Origin: Candidatus Bathyarchaeota archaeon
GTDB taxonomy: Archaea > Thermoproteota > Bathyarchaeia > Bathyarchaeales > WUQV01
Length of the DNA stretch: 32,429 bases
Assembly: GCA_029934005.1 (NCBI GenBank)
Contig: JAOZNA010000004.1
Coordinates: 1 to 32,429, forward strand
Direction: 5' to 3'
How positions within the stretch are numbered: position 1 is the stretch's first letter; each line of letters begins with the position of its first letter. Below the pieces are notes generated by a model, which saw only the letters and a list, made by a program, of their open reading frames with translations, was not told the DNA's origin and searched no databases. This document shows positions 1-8,741 of the stretch, one piece after another. Made by a program: the position numbers and the translations under genes.

Positions 1-2
1 TC

Positions 3-428
3 CTAGGCACAACCGATGAAACATTCAATTTAACATTCTACGTAGAATCACAAGCCACCAACAAGACGGTTTCTATCCAAACACAGAACATAAACCTTAA
101 ACATGCCACATCAACGATAATCACATTCATCTGGAACACATCTGGTTTTGATATAGGCCAATACACTGTAATTGTTTACGCGTGGCCCGTTCTAAACGAG
201 TCCGAAACAGATGATAATATACTCTATGATGAAGTTTACGTTACAATTCCTGGCGACGTTAACGGAGATAAAGAAGTCAACATAATCGATGTGATACTTA
301 TAACTGGAATTTACGGAGCAAAACGAGGAGACCCGACTTTTAATCCGAATTCAGATTTAAAAGAAGATGGAGTTATCGATATTTTTGATGTTATTTTATG
401 TACTTCTCACTATGGAGAAAAAGGCTAA
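3..428 (+). CDS. 5'-truncated secreted/surface protein: CARDB/Ig-like segment plus C-terminal dockerin-like (two Ca-binding loop) domain
   Basis: Open frame from the window edge, translated by hand: ...ITFIWNTSGFDIGQYTVIVYAWPVLNESETDDN...IPGDVNGDKEVNIIDVILITGIYGAKRGDPTFNPNSDLKEDGVIDIFDVILCTSHYGEKG*, stop TAA 426-428. Not in the ORF track. Confidence 0.8.
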   Translation, partial: LGTTDETFNLTFYVESQATNKTVSIQTQNINLKHATSTIITFIWNTSGFDIGQYTVIVYAWPVLNESETDDNILYDEVYVTIPGDVNGDKEVNIIDVILITGIYGAKRGDPTFNPNSDLKEDGVIDIFDVILCTSHYGEKG

Positions 429-466
429 TTATTTATTTAACATTCTAGTTTAAGCAACAAGGGAGG

Positions 467-1447
467 TTGGTTCGATTGAGTTTTGAGATGTGGACGGAGA
501 AGTATAGACCGAAAAGCCTAGATGAGATGGTTAATCAATCGCATATAGTTCAACGTTTAAAAAGCTTTGTTGAAGCAAAGAATATTCCGCATTGCATTTT
601 TGCTGGGCCGCCTGGAACCGGGAAAACCACGGCGGCTTTATGTTTGGCTCATGACTTGTATGGTGAGGTTTACCGTGAATATCTGATGGAGCTTAATGCA
701 AGTGATGAAAGGGGCATTAATGTTATTCGAGAAACGGTGAAGACTTTCGCTAGAGCTAGGTCGATGGGTGAGATTCCATTTAAAATTTTGATTTTGGATG
801 AAGCGGATAATATGACTGCTGATGCTCAACAAGCCTTAAGAAGAACAATGGAGCGTTATACTGAAACTTGTCGTTTCATTCTTATTGCCAACTACAGTGG
901 AAGAATAATTGAGCCTATTCAGTCTCGCTGTGCACCTTTCCGTTTCACCTATTTGCCTAGAGAAGAACATGATAAATATTTAATGTATATTGCTGAAAAC
1001 GAGAAAGTTGAGCTTTTAAAAGATGGTTTAGATGCTATCTACGAGGTTTGCGGTGGAGATTTAAGGAAAGCAATTAACACTTTGCAAGCAGCAGCTTCGC
1101 TTGGAAAGCCAGTTAACGCTGAAGTAGTCTATTCGGTTGTAGGACATGCAAATCCCGTTGACGTTAGAGAAATGATTAAACTTGCGATGAAAGGCGATTT
1201 TATAAAAGCCAGAGATAAGCTTCGGGAAATGATTTTCCGTTATGGAGTCGCAGCCTCAGACATAGTACGTCAAATCCACACCGAAATTTTTAGACTCGAC
1301 GTTCCAGAAGCATGGAAAATTAAGCTAGCTGATATTGTGGGTGAAATAGACTTCCGCATAACTCAAGGTGCAGACGAAGAAGTACAACTAAGCGCTTTAC
1401 TAGCCCAGTTAGTTGAAGCGGGCTATCAAATCGGCAAAGAAACCTAA
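467..1447 (+). CDS. rfcS: Replication factor C small subunit
   Basis: WTEKYRP, Walker A GPPGTGKT, ELNASDERG, Walker B ILDEAD, and SRC motif. No intein. Confidence 0.97.
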   Translation: MVRLSFEMWTEKYRPKSLDEMVNQSHIVQRLKSFVEAKNIPHCIFAGPPGTGKTTAALCLAHDLYGEVYREYLMELNASDERGINVIRETVKTFARARSMGEIPFKILILDEADNMTADAQQALRRTMERYTETCRFILIANYSGRIIEPIQSRCAPFRFTYLPREEHDKYLMYIAENEKVELLKDGLDAIYEVCGGDLRKAINTLQAAASLGKPVNAEVVYSVVGHANPVDVREMIKLAMKGDFIKARDKLREMIFRYGVAASDIVRQIHTEIFRLDVPEAWKIKLADIVGEIDFRITQGADEEVQLSALLAQLVEAGYQIGKET

Positions 1448-1451
1448 TCGC

Positions 1452-2693
1452 ATGGTGTTTAAATCGATGTGGACTGCTTGGACAGTTAAGCATAAACCTA
1501 GAACCCTCGCAGGAGTTATTGGCAATAAGGAAGCAATTCAAAAACTTGTTGAATGGGTAAAATCTTGGGATAAAGGGATTCCTAAAAAACGCGCTGCTTT
1601 TCTTTATGGTCCGCCTGGCATAGGAAAGACTGTTACGGTTGAAGCGTTAGCTAACGATTTGAAGATGGAGCTTGTTGAGAAAAATGCAAGTGATTACCGA
1701 ACTGAAAAAGCTATCCAACGTTTTGCTGGATTAGCCTCACAGTACGGAACCCTATTTGGAAGAAAACGTCTAATTTTGCTGGATGAACTGGATGGAATAA
1801 CTGGCAGAGAAGATGCTGGCGGTCTTAAAGCAATAATGAACATCGTAAAAACTGCAAAGTGCCCAATAATTTTGATTGCCAACGATCCTTACGATCCTAG
1901 ATTTACAGCGTTACGTCAACTTTGCTTGATGATTGAATTTAAAAAACCTCGTGTTCGTGAAGTCCAAAGGCTTTTACAGAGAATCTGCATGCTCGAGGGA
2001 ATTAACGCTGAAGAAGCCGCGTTAAGGTTTATAGCTCAACGCTCCCAAGGTGATGTACGCTCAGCAATAAACGATTTACAAGCGTTGGCGCAAGGTAAAA
2101 AACGCCTAACCTTCGATGATGTTTCTTGGCTGGCTTACCGCGACAGAAAAGAGAAAATCTTTGAAGTTTTACGGTTAATTTTCTATTCTAGAACCTGCGA
2201 TGGAGCAAAAAGAGCAGTTGCAATGGCTGATGTAGATTTAGATATGCTTTTCGAATGGGTCTACGAGAATTTACCATACCATATACGTGACCCGCAAGAT
2301 TTGGCAGAAGCCATGGAATCCCTTGCAAAGGCGGATTTATACCGCGGAAGAATACGCTTAACCCAAGACTGGAAGCTCCAAAGCTACGTAATAGACTTCA
2401 TGACTGCAGGAGTTGCAATGGCTAGGAAAAGAACAAAACCAGCAGGATGGGTTCCATTAAGATTTCCGGAAAGAATAAAATGGCTTTCAAAAACAAAAGC
2501 TGAAAGAGAACTAAGAGCAGCCATTGCCAAAAAAATTAAGCGAAAATGCCATATTTCCGCAACAAGAGCCATAAAAGAATACATACCTTACCTTCGCATA
2601 ATATTTGAAAACAACTCTGAAATGGCGAATAAAATTGCAGAATGGCTTGACTTAAATGAACATATGAAAGCGTATCTAAGTGGGAAGAATTAG
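1452..2693 (+). CDS. rfcL: Replication factor C large subunit
   Basis: WTVKHKP, GPPGIGKT, EKNASD, LLDELD, GDVRSAINDLQ; follows rfcS. Start is likely ATG 1452 or 1467 rather than 1413. Confidence 0.95.
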   Translation: MVFKSMWTAWTVKHKPRTLAGVIGNKEAIQKLVEWVKSWDKGIPKKRAAFLYGPPGIGKTVTVEALANDLKMELVEKNASDYRTEKAIQRFAGLASQYGTLFGRKRLILLDELDGITGREDAGGLKAIMNIVKTAKCPIILIANDPYDPRFTALRQLCLMIEFKKPRVREVQRLLQRICMLEGINAEEAALRFIAQRSQGDVRSAINDLQALAQGKKRLTFDDVSWLAYRDRKEKIFEVLRLIFYSRTCDGAKRAVAMADVDLDMLFEWVYENLPYHIRDPQDLAEAMESLAKADLYRGRIRLTQDWKLQSYVIDFMTAGVAMARKRTKPAGWVPLRFPERIKWLSKTKAERELRAAIAKKIKRKCHISATRAIKEYIPYLRIIFENNSEMANKIAEWLDLNEHMKAYLSGKN

Positions 2694-2733
2694 TCAAGAC
2701 AACTTACACAGTAAATTTTGAAGATTAAACAGC

Positions 2734-3702
2734 CTAAAGTTCTTCCTTCTTTTGTCCAGTTCCTTTTCTTTCTATACTGAAAAATGGTTCTCTTCTTCTT
2801 ATAGCTTCGAGGAAAAGTTGCTCGAGCTCTTTATCGCTTGCACCGTTACGTAGGGGTGTTAAAACATCCACGAGGTTATCGTTTCTCATTAAACATGGCT
2901 TCAATTTTCCATCACTTGTTATTCGCAGTCTTGTGCAATGAGCACAAAATTCAGTGTTCTCCATCGGATGGATAACTTCAACTTTAGCTTCTGGCAAATG
3001 GTAAATCCGTCTGTTATGCATAAAACGCCTAGTTTCAACACTTATAGCTTTCCTTCCCAATTCTAATTCATAATCGTCAAGTGCACAATGATGTTGTAGG
3101 TAGTAGGATTTGCTTATATTTATTGGCTCAAGCTCAATCAATTGGAGAATAGTTCCAGTTTTAGACGCAAAATTTACCATACTCCAAACCTCATGATCAT
3201 TTACACCCTTCAAAATAAGCATGTTAAGTTTTACGGGATAAAGCCCAGCATCAACTGCCGCTTTTATACCTTCTAAAACGTCTCTAAGCCTTCCGCCAGT
3301 AAGCTTTGAGTAGGTTTCCGGATTTAAAGTCGGAATGTTCACGTTAACTCGCATTAATCCTTTCTGGTAGAGTTCCTCAGCATATTTTGCCAGTAGGGTT
3401 CCGTTAGTAGTCATTGACAAATCCTTCAAGCCTGAAATCTTCCCTAAACTTTCTACAATTTCTAAAATGTCGTTTCGAACTAAGGGTTCGCCACCAGTAA
3501 GCTTTACACGATTCATTCCCATTCTAACTGCAATTTTAACAAGACGAACAATTTCATCAACAGACATCTCAACAACTTTGTTTTCAACGGTCTTCTCTTG
3601 ACCTTCTCTGTGACAGTAAGAACAATGCAAATTACAGCGTTGGGTAACTGAAACGCGTAGGTTGAGGACTGGACGCCCAAAACGGTCCTTTAGAACCATC
3701 AC
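2734..3702 (-). CDS. moaA: GTP 3',8-cyclase (molybdenum/tungsten cofactor biosynthesis, radical SAM)
   Basis: DRFGRP..LRVSVTQRCNLHCSYC, TGGEPL, and second-cluster motif FCAHCTRLR...KPC. Confidence 0.95.
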   Translation of the reverse strand: MMVLKDRFGRPVLNLRVSVTQRCNLHCSYCHREGQEKTVENKVVEMSVDEIVRLVKIAVRMGMNRVKLTGGEPLVRNDILEIVESLGKISGLKDLSMTTNGTLLAKYAEELYQKGLMRVNVNIPTLNPETYSKLTGGRLRDVLEGIKAAVDAGLYPVKLNMLILKGVNDHEVWSMVNFASKTGTILQLIELEPINISKSYYLQHHCALDDYELELGRKAISVETRRFMHNRRIYHLPEAKVEVIHPMENTEFCAHCTRLRITSDGKLKPCLMRNDNLVDVLTPLRNGASDKELEQLFLEAIRRREPFFSIERKGTGQKKEEL

Positions 3703-4235
3703 CTTTCACGTGCATGCTTTACGATGTGAGATGCTTCGGGTAATATAAGTTTTTCAAAACAAAGCCTAACAGCTCGAGGAGAACCAGGAATGCAGAAAAC
3801 AGCTTTTCCTTCGGTAACTCCTCCTAAAGCACGACTTAAAATGACAGCAGACCCCGTTTCTTGGTAACTAAGCCAACGGAATAATTCTCCAAATCCAGGC
3901 AGAATTTTCTCCAGAAAGGGCTCAATGGTTTCAATAGTAACGTCGGAAGGACTTACTCCAGTTCCACCACAGAAAACGATTACATCTACTTCTTTAGATA
4001 ACATTGCCTTTCTAAGCTCGGTTCGAATCATGGCTTGGCTGTCTGGAATAATTGATTTAAAAATCACTTTATGTCCAGCTTTTTCAATGAGAGAAACTGC
4101 TAAGTCTCCAGAAGGGTCTTCTACAATTTTTCCGGTTTTAGCCTTTTCGTATCGGCTTGTACTAACCACTATTACAGCGAAGCCTAGGGTTTTGGGAGCA
4201 TGTTTCTTATGCATCTTTGTGGTGTTACTTTCCAA
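3699..4235 (-). CDS. moaB: Molybdopterin adenylyltransferase, MoaB/MogA family
   Basis: GGTGVSPSDVT, PGFGELFR, SRA and PGSP motifs. Confidence 0.92.
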   Translation of the reverse strand: MESNTTKMHKKHAPKTLGFAVIVVSTSRYEKAKTGKIVEDPSGDLAVSLIEKAGHKVIFKSIIPDSQAMIRTELRKAMLSKEVDVIVFCGGTGVSPSDVTIETIEPFLEKILPGFGELFRWLSYQETGSAVILSRALGGVTEGKAVFCIPGSPRAVRLCFEKLILPEASHIVKHARER

Positions 4236-4677
4236 ACTTTTCCTCTTCCTTAAGCTTTTTTACTACACGGATTCCTTCAATAACCGTGTGTGGATATTGC
4301 CCAAACTCGTTCTTTTCATACGTTTTAACCATATCCCAGATCGTGAGCAAAGCGGTAGCGGTTCCTACTAAAGCTTCCATTTCAACTCCCGTTTGGGCAT
4401 GAGTTTTAACGGTGGTTGTTACCCTAAGAGTTTCTTTATCTTCGATTTGAATTTCGACTTTAACGTTTGTTAATGGTAGGGGATGACATAAAGGTATCAA
4501 ATTACATGTGTTTTTTGCCGCAAGTATTCCGGCAATCTTCGCTATTTCAATTGGATTACCCTTCTCTATTTTGTTCTGCTTAATTAAACCGACTGTTTCT
4601 GGTCTGAGTTTAATAATTCCTGTTGCTGTGGCTTCTCGGTAAACCTCTGGTTTTCCCGTGATATCAACCATACTCAT
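4225..4677 (-). CDS. moaC: Cyclic pyranopterin monophosphate synthase
   Basis: MVDITGK, LIPLCHPLPL, TGVEMEAL, TIWDMVK. Start at ATG 4677 after GGAG. Confidence 0.95.
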   Translation of the reverse strand: MSMVDITGKPEVYREATATGIIKLRPETVGLIKQNKIEKGNPIEIAKIAGILAAKNTCNLIPLCHPLPLTNVKVEIQIEDKETLRVTTTVKTHAQTGVEMEALVGTATALLTIWDMVKTYEKNEFGQYPHTVIEGIRVVKKLKEEEKFGK

Positions 4678-4681
4678 TATT

Positions 4682-5389
4682 TTATTCTCCTTTTGACCTA
4701 AATTGAGAGAGCGAAAGTTGTTTTTTCTCCTTTTCTTCCTTTTTTGGCTCATAGTTTTGTTCGGATTTTTCTAAAGCTTTCTTTTCTGTGCTAAAATGTA
4801 AGCTTTCTTCTTCAAGAAGTTTTATTTGATGTTTAACTTCGGCTAATGCTTTTTCAGCCATAAGTAAGGAAGCCCTTAACTTTTCTATTCTTTGAAATAT
4901 ACGATTTAAAATTGGTTGTAGGTCTTCTGAGGCTTGAATGGTGATTACTGGTCCTTTAGTTTGGGCTGCTTCCCTCAATCGTAAAATTGTGTCGATTATG
5001 GGAGATGGGTTGTCCCGTATTTCTCTCATTAAAATTAGGTAATCGGAACCGTCGGTTACGGCTTTTCTTAACTGTTCAAATGCAAGCTTTGAATTTGCCA
5101 ATGGTTCTGGGGATTTCTGAAATAAAATCTCCTTGAAGTTTTTCAGAGTTTGAGCCATGTTTAGGTAATATTTGTTTATTGTTGGTTCCTTTTCGGGCTT
5201 TAGCATCAGCATCATGTCTTTTAGACTTTCATTTAGTTCTATGAGTCTATTGGTTGAATTTTCTGTTTTCTTCCAGATTTCCATGGGTTGGAGTCTTTCG
5301 AAAATTATTCCGCTTGCTATTTCGGTTGCCAATTTTTGAAGTATTTCCTCAAATTCTGCTATTTGACTTCTAAATTTTTCGTAAATCAA
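4682..5389 (-). CDS. Hypothetical helical/coiled-coil protein with charged C-terminal tail
   Basis: 235-aa ORF co-oriented and tightly spaced with moaC; rich in E/K/L; no recognisable catalytic motif. Confidence 0.7.
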   Translation of the reverse strand: MIYEKFRSQIAEFEEILQKLATEIASGIIFERLQPMEIWKKTENSTNRLIELNESLKDMMLMLKPEKEPTINKYYLNMAQTLKNFKEILFQKSPEPLANSKLAFEQLRKAVTDGSDYLILMREIRDNPSPIIDTILRLREAAQTKGPVITIQASEDLQPILNRIFQRIEKLRASLLMAEKALAEVKHQIKLLEEESLHFSTEKKALEKSEQNYEPKKEEKEKKQLSLSQFRSKGE

Positions 5390-5426
5390 ACTTCACACTC
5401 ACACCGAATTAACAAGGTATTTAAGG

Positions 5427-5702
5427 CTAAACTTGTTTTATTTGTTGCCATTCATTAATGAACCTTTGAATAAGTCTTACATACGGGTTACCCTCATTAA
5501 GTTTAACAAAACGTATCCTACCGAATTTTTTCTGTTTAACTATTCCTAATCCTTCAAGAAAAGTTAGATATTCGCTAATCACCTTATGGTTAAGCTTTGT
5601 ACGTCTAGAAAGCTCCTTAATATGCACCTCTTCCAATTCAACCAAAACCTTCAAAATTCTAATTTTGCCACGAGAAGAAAAAATATCTTCTATTTCTAAC
5701 AT
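5427..5702 (-). CDS. Winged-helix (ArsR-like) DNA-binding protein
   Basis: IFSSRGKIRILKVL...IKELSRRTKLNHKVISEYLTFLEGLGIVKQKKFGRIR. Start ATG 5702, just after the cdc6 stop. Confidence 0.82.
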   Translation of the reverse strand: MLEIEDIFSSRGKIRILKVLVELEEVHIKELSRRTKLNHKVISEYLTFLEGLGIVKQKKFGRIRFVKLNEGNPYVRLIQRFINEWQQIKQV

Positions 5703-5712
5703 AACCTTTCTC

Positions 5713-6888
5713 TCACCTTTTTTCAACAATAATGGTAAGTAACCTTTCAAGCTCTGACGCTGGAATATATGGAAGGCTAATTAAACTTGTTTTTCCCCTC
5801 TGTCCTTTACCTGAAACTTGTATACGAAGTATTCCATAAGCTGAAAGTTTCCTAAGGTAATTCCAAAATTGAGTATGCTTTCTTGGTTTTTCACCGTACT
5901 CCTCGCAAACAACAGCATAAGCTTCCTCGGCTTCACTAGTTTTTATATATGCCTTCGCCGATTGCTGAAAAACTCGTGCTATTCCCAGCAATAATAATTG
6001 TTCGTGTAAGTCTAAATCTGCAATTTCATCTTTCCGTATGGTTGGATAAACGCTTGCGGATGCCTCCCGAACACATTCAGGAATAACTTCGAAGAGTCCA
6101 TTTGCATCTGCATATTTTCCTGCTCTCCATAGAAGTTCTATAGCATAACGTGCATTTCCACCTTCGAGTTCGGCGAGTTCAGCAATTAATTCGATTGCTT
6201 CATTTAAGACTGTGTTGGGTTTGAAAGCAAGTTTGACTCTTTCTCTTAAAATATCTACTAGTTGATGTTTCGAGTATTCTTCGAGATGTATTATGTTTTT
6301 CTGAAGGGTGCTCCTTGTGCTTTCATCAAGCTTTTCTAAATATTCGATTTCCCGAAGTATGCAGATAAGTGAAAGCCTTGATGGTTTGCCAAGCCTCGAT
6401 TCATGAATGCGTGTAAGCTTATAAACCGCCTCGGTTCCTTCATTAGCAATTAGAGATTCTAGTTCGTCTAAAGCTAAAATCAGATAAGCATTCTTATCAT
6501 CCAGCATTTCCATTAAAAATTGGAGCAGTTCCTCTGTGGAATAACCTCTCTTAGGAAAGTTGGGTCTAAAAGCAGTAATAACCCTTTGTAAAATAAGGAA
6601 GAATTTGCCTTTGCATTCTCGACAATTCACATGTAAATAATTAAGGTTAATACCTCTCCTTCTGGCTTCAGCCATGAGGTTAAGACCAAACCTTTGCGCT
6701 AAAGCCGTCTTTCCAGTTCCAACTTTTCCAGTTATCAAAACCCTATGGGACATTTCACCTGGAGATTCAATTAGTAGGCGGAAGAATTGGTATAAAAGGT
6801 TGAGCTGTTTTTCTCTGTGAACGAGTCTTAATGGAACATAGCTTAGGTCAAGTTTGCTTTCATCCTTGAAAACGCTGGAGTATATCAT
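5713..6888 (-). CDS. cdc6: Orc1/Cdc6 replication initiator (AAA+ plus winged helix)
   Basis: VFKDESKLDLSYVP..L.HRE, GKVGTGKT, ALDELE, GNARYAIELL, and C-terminal wHTH with GQRGKT. ATG 6888 follows GGTGA; the longer track ORF (to 6966) runs into the sRNA. Confidence 0.95.
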   Translation of the reverse strand: MIYSSVFKDESKLDLSYVPLRLVHREKQLNLLYQFFRLLIESPGEMSHRVLITGKVGTGKTALAQRFGLNLMAEARRRGINLNYLHVNCRECKGKFFLILQRVITAFRPNFPKRGYSTEELLQFLMEMLDDKNAYLILALDELESLIANEGTEAVYKLTRIHESRLGKPSRLSLICILREIEYLEKLDESTRSTLQKNIIHLEEYSKHQLVDILRERVKLAFKPNTVLNEAIELIAELAELEGGNARYAIELLWRAGKYADANGLFEVIPECVREASASVYPTIRKDEIADLDLHEQLLLLGIARVFQQSAKAYIKTSEAEEAYAVVCEEYGEKPRKHTQFWNYLRKLSAYGILRIQVSGKGQRGKTSLISLPYIPASELERLLTIIVEKR

Positions 6889-6951
6889 ATTTCTCTTTTC
6901 ACCATTCAGCCTTCCTAGCAATAAGTAGTTTATCAAGTTAAAAATTAGTTT

Positions 6952-7017
6952 GGTGGGCTTCCGCACTCAAGATCTCAATCATTCAGTTCAGGGGGGCCAG
7001 AGTCGTCATTGCCCACC
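6952..7017 (-). ncRNA. Box C/D 2'-O-methylation guide sRNA (D guide complementary to the tRNA-Leu(CAA) anticodon arm)
   Basis: Minus strand reads GGUGGGC-A-AUGACGA(C)-CUCUGGCCCCC-CUGA(D')-ACUGA-AUGAUUG(C')-A-GAUCUUGAGUG-CGGA(D)-A-GCCCACC. It has a 7-bp terminal stem and two 11-nt guides, and is a GC-rich patch in an AT-rich intergenic region. Confidence 0.85.
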
Positions 7018-7079
7018 GACAAACACTAATTAATATCATGAATAAAAATATATAGTCTACGTTAACGGTTTGAAATTCG

Positions 7080-8060
7080 ATGCTTAAAAAAATTAGGGTT
7101 GTTCCTTTAGCGGCGGAAAGCTTAGGCGTTAGGTCTATGGCAACTTTTGTGGAAACCGTAGACATTAAAATACTTCTTGATGCAGGAGTATCTCTAGCTC
7201 CAAACAGATTTGGTTTCCCACCACATCCACTTGAATATAAAGCGATAATTGAAGCTAGAGAGAAGATAAGAAAAGCGGCTGAAAAAGCAGAGGTAGTAAC
7301 TATAAGTCATTATCATTTCGACCATCATACGCCTTCCTACGTGGATTGGTGTTATAACTGGACGAATAATGAAACAGCTCGGCAAATATACAAAGACAAG
7401 ACAGTGCTGGTCAAAAATTACAAAGAGAAGATAAATTTTAATCAACGTCGAAGGGGATGGATGTTTACCAAGACAAGTGGAAAAGCCGCTAAAAAAATTG
7501 AAGTAGCTGATGGAAAAACGTTTAATTTTGGCGAAACTAAACTAATCTTTTCTGAACCAGTTTTTCATGGACAAGAAAACACGGCGTTAGGATGGCTTCT
7601 AATGGTAACGATTCAACATGAAAATGAAAGGGTGATGTTTGCACCAGATGTGCAGGGACCAATGTATAGTCCAACATTGGATAAAATTCTGGACATGAAG
7701 CCAGACATGCTCATAATAGGTGGACCACCGCTTTATCTTTCAGGTTTTAGAGTGAAAGAAGAACAGATAACTGTGGCTGTTCGAAATTTGGAAAAAATAG
7801 CCGAAAAAGTACCATTGACGATTTTGGAACATCACCTTTTAAGAGATGAAAAATGGAAGGAAAACGTGGAAAGAGTATTTGAAAAAGCAAATGAAAAATC
7901 CCATAAAGTCTTAACAGCAGCGGAGTTTTTAGGTTTAAAAAATAGGTTGTTAGAAGCAATAAGAGACAAGTTATATGAAAGGTATCCGCCAAGTAAGGAG
8001 TTCGAAAAGTGGTCCAAGCTTCCGTTAAAAGAGAGAAAGAAAGTTATGCCGCCTATTTAG
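7080..8060 (+). CDS. Metallo-beta-lactamase-fold hydrolase (UPF0282/COG2248-like)
   Basis: AAESLGVRSMATFVET, ISHYHFDHH, APDVQGP, EHHLLRD. Confidence 0.88.
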   Translation: MLKKIRVVPLAAESLGVRSMATFVETVDIKILLDAGVSLAPNRFGFPPHPLEYKAIIEAREKIRKAAEKAEVVTISHYHFDHHTPSYVDWCYNWTNNETARQIYKDKTVLVKNYKEKINFNQRRRGWMFTKTSGKAAKKIEVADGKTFNFGETKLIFSEPVFHGQENTALGWLLMVTIQHENERVMFAPDVQGPMYSPTLDKILDMKPDMLIIGGPPLYLSGFRVKEEQITVAVRNLEKIAEKVPLTILEHHLLRDEKWKENVERVFEKANEKSHKVLTAAEFLGLKNRLLEAIRDKLYERYPPSKEFEKWSKLPLKERKKVMPPI

Positions 8061-8611
8061 CTTATGTCTAATGCCATTCGAATTTCATCTACATATTCCC
8101 CTTTCCAAAAAATTGCCTTCGGAACCCTTCCAACTTCTTTAAATCCAAACTTTTTGTACAAAGCCCTAGCCGGATAGTTGTTTTCATAAACATCAAGCAC
8201 TATCAATTTTAAACCATGCTTCTTAGCTTCTCGAACTAGTACTTCCATAAGCTTCGTGGCAATTCCAATTCTTCTATAACCATTTTTCACAGCTATTCCC
8301 AAAGTTCCAACATGGCTTTTATGCCCCTTATGCATGTTTATTTCTGCACCAGCCACAACCCTACCATCAACTTCAGCCACCAAATAAATCATTTCACCTT
8401 TCTCAACACTTACCAACCGTCTCGCAAGCCATTCCGCCTCTTCAATCCTACTAACTTCCCTTGTTCCCAAAATAGGTGCTTCTTCCCTAACAAGCGAATT
8501 AATAAAATCCAATAAATCGTCTAAATCCTCCCACCTCGGAGTTCGCAACACCACGATTTTGCCATTCCTAGCAATAAACTTTTCTACAATCATGTTTTCC
8601 ACAACAAACAT
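8057..8611 (-). CDS. GNAT-family N-acetyltransferase
   Basis: Motif A GIAVKNGYRRIGIAT and motif B NYPARALYKKFGF. Start may be slightly downstream. Confidence 0.9.
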   Translation of the reverse strand: MFVVENMIVEKFIARNGKIVVLRTPRWEDLDDLLDFINSLVREEAPILGTREVSRIEEAEWLARRLVSVEKGEMIYLVAEVDGRVVAGAEINMHKGHKSHVGTLGIAVKNGYRRIGIATKLMEVLVREAKKHGLKLIVLDVYENNYPARALYKKFGFKEVGRVPKAIFWKGEYVDEIRMALDIS

Positions 8612-8663
8612 AAACCATTTGAGAAAAATTAATTAAACTTTCCCAGCGAAAGGTTAAGCAGAT

Positions 8664-8741
8664 GCGGCCGTAGTCTAGCCTGGACTAGGACGTCAGCCTG
8701 CCACGCTGAGGACCCGGGTTCAAATCCCGGCGGCCGCACCA
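8664..8741 (+). tRNA. tRNA-Gly(GCC), intron-less, CCA encoded
   Basis: Acceptor GCGGCCG/CGGCCGC, anticodon arm TCAGC-CTGCCAC-GCTGA, T arm CCGGG-TTCAAAT-CCCGG, ACCA end. Confidence 0.97.

Noticed and set aside
6889-7079. Replication origin (ORB elements) next to cdc6
   Set aside because: No repeated TTCCAGTGGAAAC-type ORB. The G run at 6991-6996 is explained as part of the C/D sRNA guide and D' box.
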